A stretch of 63,883 bases of DNA, filler included, from Octopus bimaculoides (taxonomy: Eukaryota), in the NCBI RefSeq assembly GCF_001194135.2. It is 4 parts of 3 records of this genome, joined end to end, with 100 filler letters (N's around TTAATTAATTAA, not from the genome) between each part and the next. Parts side by side here need not be neighbours in the genome. Positions count along the whole stretch, not along the records: positions 1 to 28,368 come from NC_068986.1; 3 more parts are not named here. One strand, written 5' to 3'. Under the pieces are notes generated by a model. It was given only the letters and a program-made list of their open reading frames with translations. It had not been told where the DNA came from and did no database searches. Both the position numbers and the translations under genes were made by a program. Shown here piece after piece: positions 12,543-24,950 of the stretch. How positions within the stretch are numbered: the stretch's first letter is position 1; every line of letters begins with the position of its first letter.

Positions 12543-12637
12543 CTGTCGCTGGTCTTGTTCCGTTTGTTGCTGCTTGTCAAGACAGTTGCATTGACATCTA
12601 ACATGTTACTGATTACATCTGTCATAGTAGCAGCCAT
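12543..12637 (-). CDS. Adhesion GPCR exon: GAIN helical subdomain A (MAATMTDVISNMLDVNATVLTSSNKRNKTSDR)
   Basis: Acceptor ctcccctttt cag, donor AG|gtatat, 95 nt, phase 0 to 2. It exactly bridges the phases of the flanking exons and is absent from the ORF track. Confidence 0.9.
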
Positions 12638-12879
12638 CTGAAAAGGGGAGAAAATAATTCATGCTATCTTTGATATCAACAACAACAAGGAATATTTCAT
12701 CAGACCAAAAAGGTTTGTTGTGATTGTTTTTATAGTCACTGAAACTAGATTACTAGAAAATAAAATCGTAGTTAAGACATTTGAAAATACGAATGCCTTC
12801 GATCAGTCGTGTAGTCAATGACATCGAGTTCCTTTCACCAACCATGAAAAATCAGCGGGCACATTGCCATATGACGGGA

Positions 12880-13570
12880 AGGGATTATATTTTTTAAAAC
12901 CAGGAATTAGTAGACTAACGGTTGACGTAGATGTCAAGCTTTCCAATGAGACAAGGATCACAAAAATTGATCCGTTCCTTAACCGTGATGCTCTGTCTAA
13001 TTCCTCATAAGATGTTCGTATTTCCTGTGCTTCAAATTGTGTTTAGATAGTTATGTAGTTTCTCCGGGTGGTTTTTGCAAAACAAGCTGTTTGTTTGAGC
13101 AGGCAGGCCTTTAATGTGTTCTCTGCCAGCCTACTTAGGTTGCTTTGATGATACTCCGTCGCTTTATACGATGGATTTTTTCTAGGAATTTGCCTTTCAG
13201 GAGTCACAGATATATACCACGACAATTGCATGTAGGTTTTGTAATTGTCTGTGAGGTCGTACAATACCTACATTATGGTCCTTTATGATGCTAGACACGT
13301 CCCTCATACAGATGAAACTCATGTCGACACAGCTGGTGGAATCTGTGTCCGCTAAGATAGTGTTTACTGATGAGAGAGGAAGCTTTTGCAACACTCATTT
13401 TTAATTTGGTGTTGTATATTGGGTCGTACAATCTAATGTTCCTTGCGTGATTATGGGGAGGGGTTGTTCGCCCTATGTGAGCATTTAATTTAATTTGAAT
13501 AATTTCTGTGTGCAAGCAGCTCGCTGTTGTAGATTACAGCCCTGTTAACATCCTGTTTGAGGATAAAAAG
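12880..13570 (-). mobile_element. Penelope-like retroelement remnant (RT thumb to GIY-YIG region)
   Basis: Broken-frame peptides RNIRLYDPIYNTK..LISKHYLSGHRFHQL, CMRDVSSIIKDHN, SYKATE..LAENTLK and RASRLRNGSIFCDPCL follow the PLE ORF C-terminal consensus. Confidence 0.75.
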
Positions 13571-14296
13571 TTTATCTTCTAACTGATGCTGTTGGGTGTA
13601 TGCTTCCGATTTTGCGTGGTTATTTAAAAGAGTGGTATTTTAAACACCCACCATATCCATATGATGAATAAAAGGCTTTCAAATATCATAGCTATCATTT
13701 TGCTTTCCATTTTCTTAGTGTTAGTGATGACTATAATTGACTGTCAGATTGATTGTACGAAATGCACTCGTACACACAGGCACACGCACGCATTAAAATA
13801 TAAGGTATATCTAAGTTAAGGTATATAAAATGTCGCTTGCTGTGAAAAGTCAAAATGGTAGTAGCATACGATTTATCTCTTAGTAGAAAAACGTATCAAT
13901 CAAGAGGAGAGAGTAAATAAAGAATACATATCTCCTATCCATAGACATCTTTAGCTAATGTCTAATTATATTGAATATCATTTCGAGCAGAGCTAAACTG
14001 GTGTGTCTAATTTGCACAACAGTGCATTTGCTGACACACAGATTAAATAACTAAGCAATAGCTAATTATATAACACTTTTGGGATAATTTGAAATGTAAG
14101 GTATATCATTTTATTAATGATACATTTTTAGCCTTGCAGTAGAAAGTAAACAATTAGATCTTCCCATGGAGAGATAAAACTTGTGAGAAACCGCTTTGTT
14201 TACTTATCACAGCCAGGGTACATTGTATGTTTATTAAGGTATTCCTTACGATTAAAAAAGGAATAAAACCCCTCCACAACCCTCTCACTGTTAGTG

Positions 14297-14343
<47 letters not shown>

Positions 14344-14569
14344 CACACACACATACATACCTACATATATACACACATATGCATACATACATGCGTACGT
14401 GCATACATACAAACATAGTCATAAACCTGTACACATAAGCACAGTTTTCGTTTCGAATGTATCACATCGATTAAACTTTCGTACAATTTGAAAATGTTTA
14501 TAATATTATATGACTAACCGACTACACTCACATACATATAATATATATAAGTATATACACTGTATACAC

Positions 14570-14658
<89 letters not shown>

Positions 14659-14678
14659 CACACACACATTTCACTCAC

Positions 14679-14819
14679 CTGAACATCTTCAAGCGAATAT
14701 GTGAAAATGTTCTCTAAATCCTCCGTTAGATTAGCCACTTGATCGGCAGTTAGAGCCGAAGGATCTTCCGCTATAGCTTGTAGTCCCTGTAAAGTCTCGG
14801 AAGCTTTCTCACGACCAAT
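14679..14819 (-). CDS. Adhesion GPCR exon: GAIN helix 1-2 (IGREKASETLQGLQAIAEDPSALTADQVANLTEDLENIFTYSLEDVQ)
   Basis: Acceptor ttattttcatag, donor CAG|gtgagt, 141 nt, phase 0 to 0. The LTADQVANLTEDLENI helix resembles ADGRG GAIN-A. Confidence 0.9.
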
Positions 14820-15644
14820 CTATGAAAATAACAACAGTAATACCAGAAACAACATTAGTTACAACAACAATTATGAGGCCAGTGATAACAGTTCTCAATG
14901 CGTTTTAGAGCATAGTAGAAGTGCAGGTTTTTTGTAGCTACCATCTACGTTCGATCTAATCCAAAATACATACATTTATATATGTATATATGTCTACACA
15001 CACACACAAATTTATATTATTTATCCGCACGCACATTTTACCATTGTTGCTGTTTGGAATAATTCTGCCTTGTATATTCGAAGTGCAACTCGATACTTAA
15101 TCACAACGGATCATCAGGGACACTAGTTCTCTGTAATAAAATGCAAAAAAGTGTTCCGTGATAATCCACTGTAGTTAAGCGTCCAATTGCACTTGGAACG
15201 TCCAGTGTAGAGTTCGAAGCAGCCACAATAGTGAAACACACATAGGAACAAATGATATAGACATGTGTTTATCGTAATTTCTCCTACATTTGTTCTGTAT
15301 ATCATAACTAGTAATACAACTAAGTATAGTAATTGCATAACAACTATACTGGAAGCAAACAGGACGATGATAATCTACGTGGATCACTAAAACTGAACAG
15401 TAGCATTTGTATGTCTATTTATACAGACAAGATACACTATACATGTACGCATGTCATTATTCAGTTTATTTTAAGGTTTCTTGCCTTGGAGAAAGAACCG
15501 CTTTCTAACCTAGATCCAAGGTTTCTTCATTGGAATTTCAACATCAACAACAAAGTATTTTTTATATGTATGTATGTATGTGCAGATTTGTATGTATTCT
15601 CATGCATATAGTTACATATCTAGATATGCTCATATATATTTAAA

Positions 15645-15860
15645 TTTGCTGATGTGGAAGAAGTGAAGAAAAAACGATGGAGGCATTAAAAGGCATTACT
15701 TTGTAAGAGCTCAAGGACTGCTTCGAACAGTGGAAAACGCGCCTTGACCGATGCATTGCTTCAAATGGAAAATACTTTGAAGGCGATAAAAGTGTAAACA
15801 TGTAAGACTAAGTGAATAAAATAATACTGCAAAATTCCAGTTTCTTTTGTGTACTCCCTC

Positions 15861-15862
<2 letters not shown>
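15645..15862 (+). mobile_element. mariner 3' fragment
   Basis: DVEEVKKKTMEALKGITL*ELKDCFEQWKTRLDRCIASNGKYFEGD followed by a TIR-like end (TGTACTCCCTCG). Confidence 0.75.
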
Positions 15863-15914
<52 letters not shown>

Positions 15915-16129
15915 ATAGTTGTCGATGGGTCCGTATATTTATTTGCTTATTCTAAAATCTCGCAGCACGGTCTCATGTGACTTTGTTGTTTTCATTCAAG
16001 ATGGAGGCAAGCACCAACGTACCATGTGGCAGGCTTGATAACTGCTCAAAATTCTCTCGGCCTGAAACCAATGGTATCCCAGAAATAAAGAATGTTTCCC
16101 TGAAATATTACTATATGAATGACGTGTGG

Positions 16130-16470
16130 TGGTAAGAAGATTGCTTTTCAGCCACATGGTTCAGGGTTCAGTCCCACTGTGTGACACCTTGGGCACGTGT
16201 CTTCTACTGTAGGCTTGGGCCGTTCAAAGCCTTGTGAGCAGATCTATGTGTGCGTCTTTGCGTCTGTGTTTGTCCCCCACCATCACTTGACAACCGATGT
16301 TGGTGTGTTTACGTACCATAACTTAGCGGTTCGGCAAAAGAGACCGATTGAATAAGTACTAGGCTTACAAAGAATAAGTCCTGGGTCGATTTCTTCGACT
16401 AAAACCTTTTAAGACAGTGCTCTAGCATGGCCATAGCCAAATGACCGAAACAAGTAAAAAAAATAAATAA
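16130..16470 (+). mobile_element. SINE family A copy
   Basis: Head, body and tail align to the 49725-50165 copy. Confidence 0.85.
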
Positions 16471-16706
16471 AAGAATATTATTGACAACTCTGATGCTGGT
16501 ACAGATTAGCCATGATTGATCAGACCTATGAACAGAATGTTGTTGATTCATCACGACAATCGCCGTCCTGTTGAAATTTGACTGCTATTTCTAGCAGATA
16601 TAGCAGAACGCGTAGAGACGTCCTAATAAAGGGTAATTATTATGGTTGTTAGAGAGGAATTATACAGAAAATAAATAAATAAAAAAAGTACAATTGTGTA
16701 TCTTAC

Positions 16707-16903
16707 TTCGAGACATAATGTCGTATTCATATCGAGCCATACAACCTTTCCAAGTGTTGTATTAAAGTAACATTGACGAGAAGCAGTCATCTGAGAATCT
16801 GTTGGGTCATTACTGCATGGCAGTTCCACTGTATTGTTAAATGTAGTTTCAGGCCAATTGTACTTTCCACTTTTGTCTGTTTGTAGCTCCTCGGGACATG
16901 TGA
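16707..16903 (-). CDS. Adhesion GPCR exon: hormone-receptor (HormR/HRM) domain (TCPEELQTDKSGKYNWPETT...LPC...ASRQCYFN...VVWLDMNTTLCLE)
   Basis: Acceptor ttttattcttctag, donor GAA|gtaaga, 197 nt, phase 1 to 0. Shows the four-Cys, two-Trp HormR signature (C..W P..PC..ASR.C..W..C). Confidence 0.93.
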
Positions 16904-17019
16904 CTAGAAGAATAAAAAAAAGAAGACAAAACAATATATAAAATTTGTTTTTCTGTCCTACACCCCCCACCCCCCACACGGTATGGTTGGATATGCTTGC
17001 CGCGCGACAGTTAAACCAT

Positions 17020-18575
17020 GGATCTAGTTTATTTGGTTGCCATCATTTCAAAAATTAAAGTTTATCGAAAATTTTAAAATTTGGCACAATAATATACTTT
17101 TCCAAGCTGAATTGCTGGAGTTATTTCACTTTTTCCAGAAAAAGGTTTTTCAAAAGTTATAGAGGTTTAAAGTTTAGTCATTTTCACTCAGCCAGGAAAC
17201 AATATTTGGAAGCTGTCATTTTGTGCGTGACTGCGCACTTTGTCGTAAACATCCGGAAAATAGCACATGTTGTCAAGAAAAAGTAAACACGTCTTTTGTA
17301 GTTTTAAGCATTGCGATAGCACGAAATTAAAATATTTAGCCAAAAACTTTATTTTGCTGTTATTTTTAGCACACCTCACAACCACCTCAATGACAAAAAG
17401 AAATGAGTAAACAATGCATATTTTGTAGTTTTAAGCATTCAACATGCATTTAATGCGATAGCATGAACTTAAAAGATTTATCAAAAACGTTATTTAGCTG
17501 TTATTTTCACTAATTTCTCAAACAAATCACATTTTTCTTATCTTCTGCACCACATAAATTCATAGTGATATGAATCTAGCATAGAACGGTGAGCGCCACA
17601 GCGTCGTTTATTACCTCACTTCACAGAAGTTCACGTGGTTCCTGGAAGAATCGAGTGACGTATGCATTCTTCCAGTGTGTCACGATTCCAACATGGCGCC
17701 GCATACAGAAAAACGTATCTGGTCTCGCGACACACTCCTCCGAAAACCCACTGCTTGGGTAGGACCCATCCCCGGTTGTACTTACTTCTTGAGAAGACTG
17801 TTTCGTCGATCTCAACAATCTTCTTAGGACCACCAACTTGAACTGGATGACGTAACAAGTCTTCTGCGCATATTTCTCTAACATAGTTGTTATAATCAAT
17901 GGCTCATCCCCAGTTCTTCAATACAAAATCGGACTGATGTCAGTTTTTTAACCCATGAGTAAAGGAAGAGCACAACAGTCCTAAGAAGAAGACTACCACC
18001 TGCAAACCATGTGTCTTTCCTCACCGACACAGACTATGCGTTCTCGGCGCGAGCATCGCCAGTACATGCTTCCATGACGTCATTTTGAACACATAGCACG
18101 ACTCTTCCTTTTACATAGTTTTCTTTTGGGTATAACACCCCTTTCTTGAAGGTGCCACACAGTTTCCTCCTCTGTTTTCAGTGTCTCCTTCATAGAAGCG
18201 AGGTTACAATAACTTGCTGCCATAATCAAACAGTAAAAATTTTCAACAGAATACAACTTGTCAACACGTGCTTTCTCTTAGATAAAAGAGTTATCGGATC
18301 CGCTTGTTACTATGGAAACAGGCACGTGCTTTCTCGCAGACAAGAGTTCTCATGTTCCGCTTGCTACTATGGAAACAGACATGCATGTATCTGTGGCTTA
18401 CGATTGGCTAAAATTGCCAAAATTTTGAAACTTTAATTGCTAATAATTCTTTATTTATTGATTTATAACGAAAATAATTTCCACATAATTTATTAGCCTA
18501 TAAAGGTGTATCATTACACTGAATATGAAATCAATTCGAACAGAATTGATGCTGGCAACCAAACGGACTAGATCC
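17020..18575 (-). mobile_element. Merlin (IS1016/IS1595-like) DNA transposon, decayed and truncated transposase
   Basis: Imperfect TIRs GGATCTAGTTTATTTGGTTGCCA and TGGCAACCAAACGGACTAGATCC. Minus-strand peptide MKETLKTEEETVWHLQERGVIPK...SVRKDTWF...GGPKKIVEIDETVFSRSKYNRG..QWVFGG..ILPGTT. Subterminal tandem repeats (about 57 bp and about 125 bp). Confidence 0.88.
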
Positions 18576-20010
18576 ATGTTTATTAATCGCGCTAAACGCC
18601 TACCGTCGCTTGTACAAGGGTCGTCAGTATTCGAGGGTGCGCTATGACGTAATATAAGGAGCACAGCAATGATAAGAGAGAAAAGAGTGGGAAGAGGAGA
18701 TAGGATGTGAAAATCAGGCGATATAACAACAGAGTGGACTGGTATTTGTAAGGGTAGAGGATAGTCACTTAAGTCACTTTTACTTGACCTTATGGGAGTG
18801 GAGGGGTGTGCAGGGAGAAAACATTCCGGAAAGATAATGGGATACAATAAACCGCTAGGAGGTAAATGGAGGAGGCTGTGGTGACGTTACAATATACACA
18901 CACGCCATGTATTTCTTTCTCTTCTTCGATTGTTCGTTTCCTTTTCTCGGAACCTCCCTGGAGGGAGAGGGATGTAGTGGTTTCATGCAGGCGTAGCATG
19001 GATTCGATCCTCGATAGCCAAATTTCACTTAATACTTCAATAGCACTTTACTCACGGTAAAACAATAGTTTTTCTGTGAGTAACAGCAGTTACATTTGCC
19101 AGATGCCTTCGCTAAGCCGGAATAATGTTTTCTCCACTCGACCCTTCTAACCTCTTCTATTTCACCAATAGCTAGAATAGAGATATTACAGACCTCCAAC
19201 GAAATCTATTGTTCTCAACAATATGTCTATCCTTCTGGATGATTTTCGATAGCAATAAAAGCAAGAACTCCGTAAGCCGAAGTCAGTGAGAGCGACCATC
19301 AGTGAGTGTGAGCGACCGTCAGTGAGTGTGAGCGGACAAGTAGAGTCATGGCCACAAGGCAGGCAGCCACTAGAGACCAAATGGCCAGAGGGAAAAAGAA
19401 AGTTTCAATCAGCGACTATGCGAGACAACTACCCTCGACTCTTTCATTTTCACTAACTCACTTTCTTTTCTCTGTAACGTTACATATCTCTCACTATACA
19501 CTACTATGAGATCGTGTACACATACCGGCCGAAATTAACTCTTTTTACCTCGCATGCTTTTCCATTTACTAATTATACATACCAACCCGTCGTAGTTTTG
19601 GATATATATAAAGTAACGGTAAATAAATATCTCTTTACAACTTCAATCACTGTTGTTCTGTAGTTTTTCATTCTATTTTGTAATATATATATNNNNNNNN
19701 NNNNNNNNNNNNNNNNNNNNNNNNNNNNNNNNNNNNNNNNNNNNNNNNNNNNNNNNNNNNNNNNNNNNNNNNNNNNNNNNNNNNNNNNNNNNNNNNNNNN
19801 NNNNNNNNNNNNNNNNNNNNNNNNNNNNNNNNNNNNNNNNNNNNNNNNNNNNNNNNNNNNNNNNNNNNNNNNNNNNNNNNNNNNNNNNNNNNNNNNNNNN
19901 NNNNNNNNNNNNNNNNNNNNNNNNNNNNNNNNNNNNNNNNNNNNNNNNNNNNNNNNNNNNNNNNNNNNNNNNNNNNNNNNNAGAATAAGGAATACATATT
20001 TGTCTTTTAC

Positions 20011-20145
20011 TTGTTTCAGTTACATTTATACCAATAATAATTGGAGCACTTGGTTTTGTTAGTAAATGCCTAACTGCCAGTCTGGATAAGTATGGACTCT
20101 CAGAAAAAGAAATCAACCAACTGACTCGCATATTACAAATACATT
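20011..20145 (-). CDS. Tentative upstream exon of the GPCR (CICNMRVSWLISFSESPYLSRLAVRHLLTKPSAPIIIGINVTET), possibly SEA-like
   Basis: Acceptor ctgttccgcttacag, donor A|gtaaaa, 135 nt, phase 1 to 1, in frame with the HormR exon. Its 3' end resembles a SINE tail, so it may be non-coding. Confidence 0.35.
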
Positions 20146-21254
20146 CTGTAAGCGGAACAGTAAAACTGTGCAAGACTTTTCTCAGGTTTAAAATGTGACA
20201 TTGTTTTCGTTATCTACATTCCAATGATGGAGCTTTGTATCTTTGTTAGAAACCAGCTCCTCCTTCAAAGGAAGAATTTAATTAATCAAAAACAGAAAAG
20301 AATATATATGTCTTTAGAATCTAGGCACATCAAAACGTAGGACGGCAGAAATGGCTAGGTACGATAGTATAAAACTCACAGAGAGGTAAGCAACTTTGAA
20401 GACAGCAAGTGTCAGTAGGATACTGTTGATATGCAAGTACCAAATCCAATTTATTAATAATTGACTATTCTGTACACAACGAAGAACTTTTTATTCATGT
20501 GTCTGTATGATGTATGTATATATGTGTGTGTGTGTATATATATGCGTATCATACCTATCCCCCCATCTCCCTCCCTCTCTTCCTTCATCCATCCCTTCAT
20601 TAATCATCTCGACTATTATTCCTTTTTACTTTTTCTACAGTTTTTCTACCATTTTATTACCTTACATAATCGCTACTTTCTGTTCTTTTTTCTCTTATAT
20701 CCTTCCTTCCTTCCTTCCTTCCTTCCTTCCTTCCTTCACATTCTCTGCTACTGCTTGCTACCCGCTAATTTCTACCTTTGTTTCTGTAGTATATATAATG
20801 AAAAGCAACGCATCTGACAGGAAGGTGTATTATATAATGACCTAAAGTGTGTTCTGCTGTCTAAATAGTTGATTTTCCTGACACGCCTAAAGACTGTCTG
20901 TTCTGGAGGTAATGATAGACACAAGCCAGAGCCATTTTCTGATGCACACACACACACACACACATACACACACACACACACACGCTCCCAAAAATGTATT
21001 TACAATCGCACTGTTATAAACAAGCACACACTTATTCACAAGCTGATGGATTTCTTGCTACCCTGCTGTATCTATTGACAGTTAAGTAGTTTCCTCGGAC
21101 AGTTGGATGTAACTTAATGATAAGCAATGATATCTGAACTGCCTGCTTCTGTATCGATTCGTATATATTGATGAACTTTTATAGAGGGTGTGTCAGAGTG
21201 TATCTGTCACTCTACTTGGATTTAAGCAGTGACAGCATTGTAAAAGTTTACATC

Positions 21255-21520
21255 GGTGGGGTTTGAACTCAGGAGGTAAAGAGCTAGAGCAAATACTGCA
21301 AAGCATTTTGTCCAATGCTCTAACGATTCTGCCAACTCACCGCCTTAATGTTTCCAATTTAGGCACAAGTCCAATAATTTTGAGGGGAGGGGAGTTAGTC
21401 GATATCATAGGACTCAATACTTGACTAATATTTTATTTTGTCGCCCCTCCCCCGAGGGATGAAAGGCAAAATTGACGTCATCGGGAATTGACCCGGAACT
21501 ACACATTTTCTCAGGCACTC
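21255..21520 (-). mobile_element. SINE family B copy
   Basis: Reverse complement of the 61669-61900 type (GGCGGTGAGTTGGCAGAATCGTTAG...GAGTTCAAA). Confidence 0.7.
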
Positions 21521-22029
21521 TAACGACTTCCATTTCACCGTTTTCACTGGCGACGTTATAATGATGATACCGATGGTCGTGTAACTAATATTGGTGGTTT
21601 CTGCATTAAAGAGTCCACTGAAAATTTAGTAATTAATTTACTTTAATTATTGAAGTGGCAGAAGCGGAAGCGTGTTGAACAAATGTCGCAGGGCATTTTT
21701 TACATAACCGTCACTTTACAGTCTTAAGACTTTTAGTTAATATCCCTTTCTTATCAGTATTTTCAAATTTCTAGACACTCCTTTCCTTGCCAAAAGTGAC
21801 GGCAATTAAATAGGATTAGGAGTTACAATACCAACATTCTCGCCGTGGCTCCTGTCTGAAATTCTCCCTGAATTGTGCTAAACATTATTTTCACTCTTGA
21901 AGTTTATTTCCTGAACTAAAAAAAAAAAGAAAAAAAGAAAAAGAAAAAAGAACCCAAACAACCCCAGATTCCCAAACACCCTAACTGTTTGCATGACTTG
22001 AGAAATACTTGTTTTTAATTTAGACACAA

Positions 22030-22200
22030 CGCCAGCAACTTTAAGAGGTGGGGTTAGTCGGTACCATCGTCCCTAGTACTTAACTGCTATGTTATTTTAT
22101 CGGAGGAATGGAAGACAAAATTTACCTCGGCGGATTTGAACTCAGAACGTAAAGAGCTACAACAAATACTGCTATGCATTTTGTCTGACGTTCTAACGAT
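22030..22200 (-). mobile_element. SINE family B copy
   Basis: CCTCGGCGGATTTGAACTCAGAACGT is the reverse complement of the family B head. Confidence 0.75.
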
Positions 22201-24632
22201 TTTCACAGGAAAGTTTTGATGGAGACACGACATGAAAAATATATATGATTTAGTATTGTTATCTTGTCCAGTTCTTTTCCTTCAAAAGTCATCAATGAGC
22301 TTGAGAAAGACATGTAGGCTATCAAATATTGTTTTTTGTGTCTTATAAATCTGTGCTCACGTGACGGGCCATTATCACTATGAGACAACTATGGCACCAC
22401 TACATGATTGTTCCTTCTGTTAAAGATCTCCTTGTGGTCAAAAGACAACGCACACACATATACCAAACCAACAAAGAAACCTCTACGAGGACGATTTATA
22501 TGCTAGAAACAGCAGCCAAATCTCCATACATAACACCCTAACATCTTTAAAACAAAGGGCATATTGGATAGTGCAATTTAAGGAACATAAGGCGTAAAAA
22601 GAAAATAAAGGGTGAAACTGCTGCTCTGATCGAGTAGACGGGATGAAATGCATTCTAGCGATGACTATCACTTCTTTTTTCTATTTAGATATATCCAATG
22701 TGTCGTATTCGTTCTTTAAGTTGACAATTTGAAATGTGATAGGCGTTTAATTCTTGAATCATGAGTACACTTTACAATAAGAATATANNNNNNNNNNNNN
22801 NNNNNNNNNNNNNNNNNNNNNNNNNNNNNNNNNNNNNNNNNNNNNNNNNNNNNNNNNNNNNNNNNNNNNNNNNNNNNNNNNNNNNNNNNNNNNNNNNNNN
22901 NNNNNNNNNNNNNNNNNNNNNNNNNNNNNNNNNNNNNNNNNNNNNNNNNNNNNNNNNNNNNNNNNNNNNNNNNNNNNNNNNNNNNNNNNNNNNNNNNNNN
23001 NNNNNNNNNNNNNNNNNNNNNNNNNNNNNNNNNNNNNNNNNNNNNNNNNNNNNNNNNNNNNNNNNNNNNNNNNNNNNNNNNNNNNNNNNNNNNNNNNNNN
23101 NNNNNNNNNNNNNNNNNNNNNNNNNNNNNNNNNNNNNNNNNNNNNNNNNNNNNNNNNNNNNNNNNNNNNNNNNNNNNNNNNNNNNNNNNNNNNNNNNNNN
23201 NNNNNNNNNNNNNNNNNNNNNNNNNNNNNNNNNNNNNNNNNNNNNNNNNNNNNNNNNNNNNNNNNNNNNNNNNNNNNNNNNNNNNNNNNNNNNNNNNNNN
23301 NNNNNNNNNNNNNNNNNNNNNNNNNNNNNNNNNNNNNNNNNNNNNNNNNNNNNNNNNNNNNNNNNNNNNNNNNNNNNNNNNNNNNNNNNNNNNNNNNNNN
23401 NNNNNNNNNNNNNNNNNNNNNNNNNNNNNNNNNNNNNNNNNNNNNNNNNNNNNNNNNNNNNNNNNNNNNNNNNNNNNNNNNNNNNNNNNNNNNNNNNNNN
23501 NNNNNNNNNNNNNNNNNNNNNNNNNNNNNNNNNNNNNNNNNNNNNNNNNNNNNNNNNNNNNNNNNNNNNNNNNNNNNNNNNNNNNNNNNNNNNNNNNNNN
23601 NNNNNNNNNNNNNNNNNNNNNNNNNNNNNNNNNNNNNNNNNNNNNNNNNNNNNNNNNNNNNNNNNNNNNNNNNNNNNNNNNCAAGCTTGACCCTTCTTTC
23701 TTGGTTCGACTACTATCCGTGTAGCATCTCTTACACTCCTTCCTATGATGTTCCTGCTGTAAGGCTTCACTTCCAGCATAATTTAATTCGTCCTTAAGTT
23801 GAAAGACATCTGTTGTTAATTTCCTGTTGTTTGTATTTGTAATTGTGTACCATTTCTTCGTTTTTTTCGTCCTTGTTTTCGTATACATTCACTTGCTTTC
23901 TTCCAAAGAATCTAGTGCTTTTAGCTTTGATTTTCTTGGGGCCGGCCAGATTAGAGCAGTCTTGAGAGTAACCGACCGAAATTGCAAAGATGATCTGGTA
24001 CTCGATTGAAGATTGAAAGCTCCGAATGACCCATCCCTGTTTTTTCCTGTCCTTTTTTGTACCGTCTAACTGCCCGAAAGTTTTGTCGACTGTTACGTTC
24101 TTGTTCCATTCTTTGTTCTGTTTATATATATATATATCTATATACATATATATTGTATGCATATGCATACATCATTTCTGACAATATTCTAGTTACTTTT
24201 CTATTAAACAAGTCAGAAATCCAAATTTTAGTGAGTCATTCAAACAGTTTATTCAATAAAATGTATGTTGAACTTGGTATAATTAAAAGTCCATTGACGT
24301 AGTTTATAGAAACGAATAAATTCTCAACTCTTCTTTTATTTGGATTATAGTTGTTCACTTTATTGTATTGAGCATACATGCAAATATCATGTGCGTGATG
24401 TTTTCAATGGTTTTTTTTCTTATATGTTAAATTTCCACTCTATATTTTGAATAGTGAGGGTCTTTTTTGCCGAATCGTTTGCAGATGATACTTTTGAATG
24501 TTTCATTTTAAATATCTACAGAAAAGTTTGAGCGTCTTTAGTGCAAACATCAGGTCCGAACTCCCGGTTTCTATCTCACTGATATTTTCTCTGTAGATGT
24601 GTAGGGTTATCATCGGCTACATCAGTCTAATC

Positions 24633-24950
24633 CAGTGTTTCTCAACCATATTTTTAATAAATGGAGTCCTTTGATTACTATTCTATTCTGGTGGACCCCC
24701 ATAGCCACTCGATGTTTAAAAACTAGTTTTATAGATACTTCTCTCAAATTTCCTATTTTGTTTTTCACACATTAAATTGTGATGGTTGAACTATGTAAAA
24801 CGTTACCTAGCTGTTTCTTGCAATAAATAAATCCAGAACAAAATTTTTTCCTTTTTTCATGGACCCATGAAATACTACTGTGAACCCAATTTATTCTTTC
24901 GCTTGCGCAGATCCTCAAAAATCTGATATGGTCCCGGTTGAGAATTACTG
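24633..24950. mobile_element. hAT (Charlie-like) MITE
   Basis: TIRs CAGTGTTTCTCAACC and GGTTGAGAATTACTG; degenerate 8-bp TSD GTCTAATC/ATCTAACC. Confidence 0.8.

Noticed and set aside
18747-19640. Possible solo LTR (TGTAA...TTACA ends, AATAAA near 19621, 20-bp tandem repeat at 19278-19335)
   Set aside because: Several alternative TG/CA boundaries, no matching target-site duplication, and no PBS/PPT or second LTR.
20378-20471. AG/GT-bounded hydrophobic frame NSQLLINWIWYLHINSILLTLAVFKVAYLS
   Set aside because: Ends in phase 0, incompatible with the phase-1 downstream exons, and has no start codon.
21820-21915. Very strong minus-strand polypyrimidine acceptor
   Set aside because: All three frames hit stops within 12 codons.
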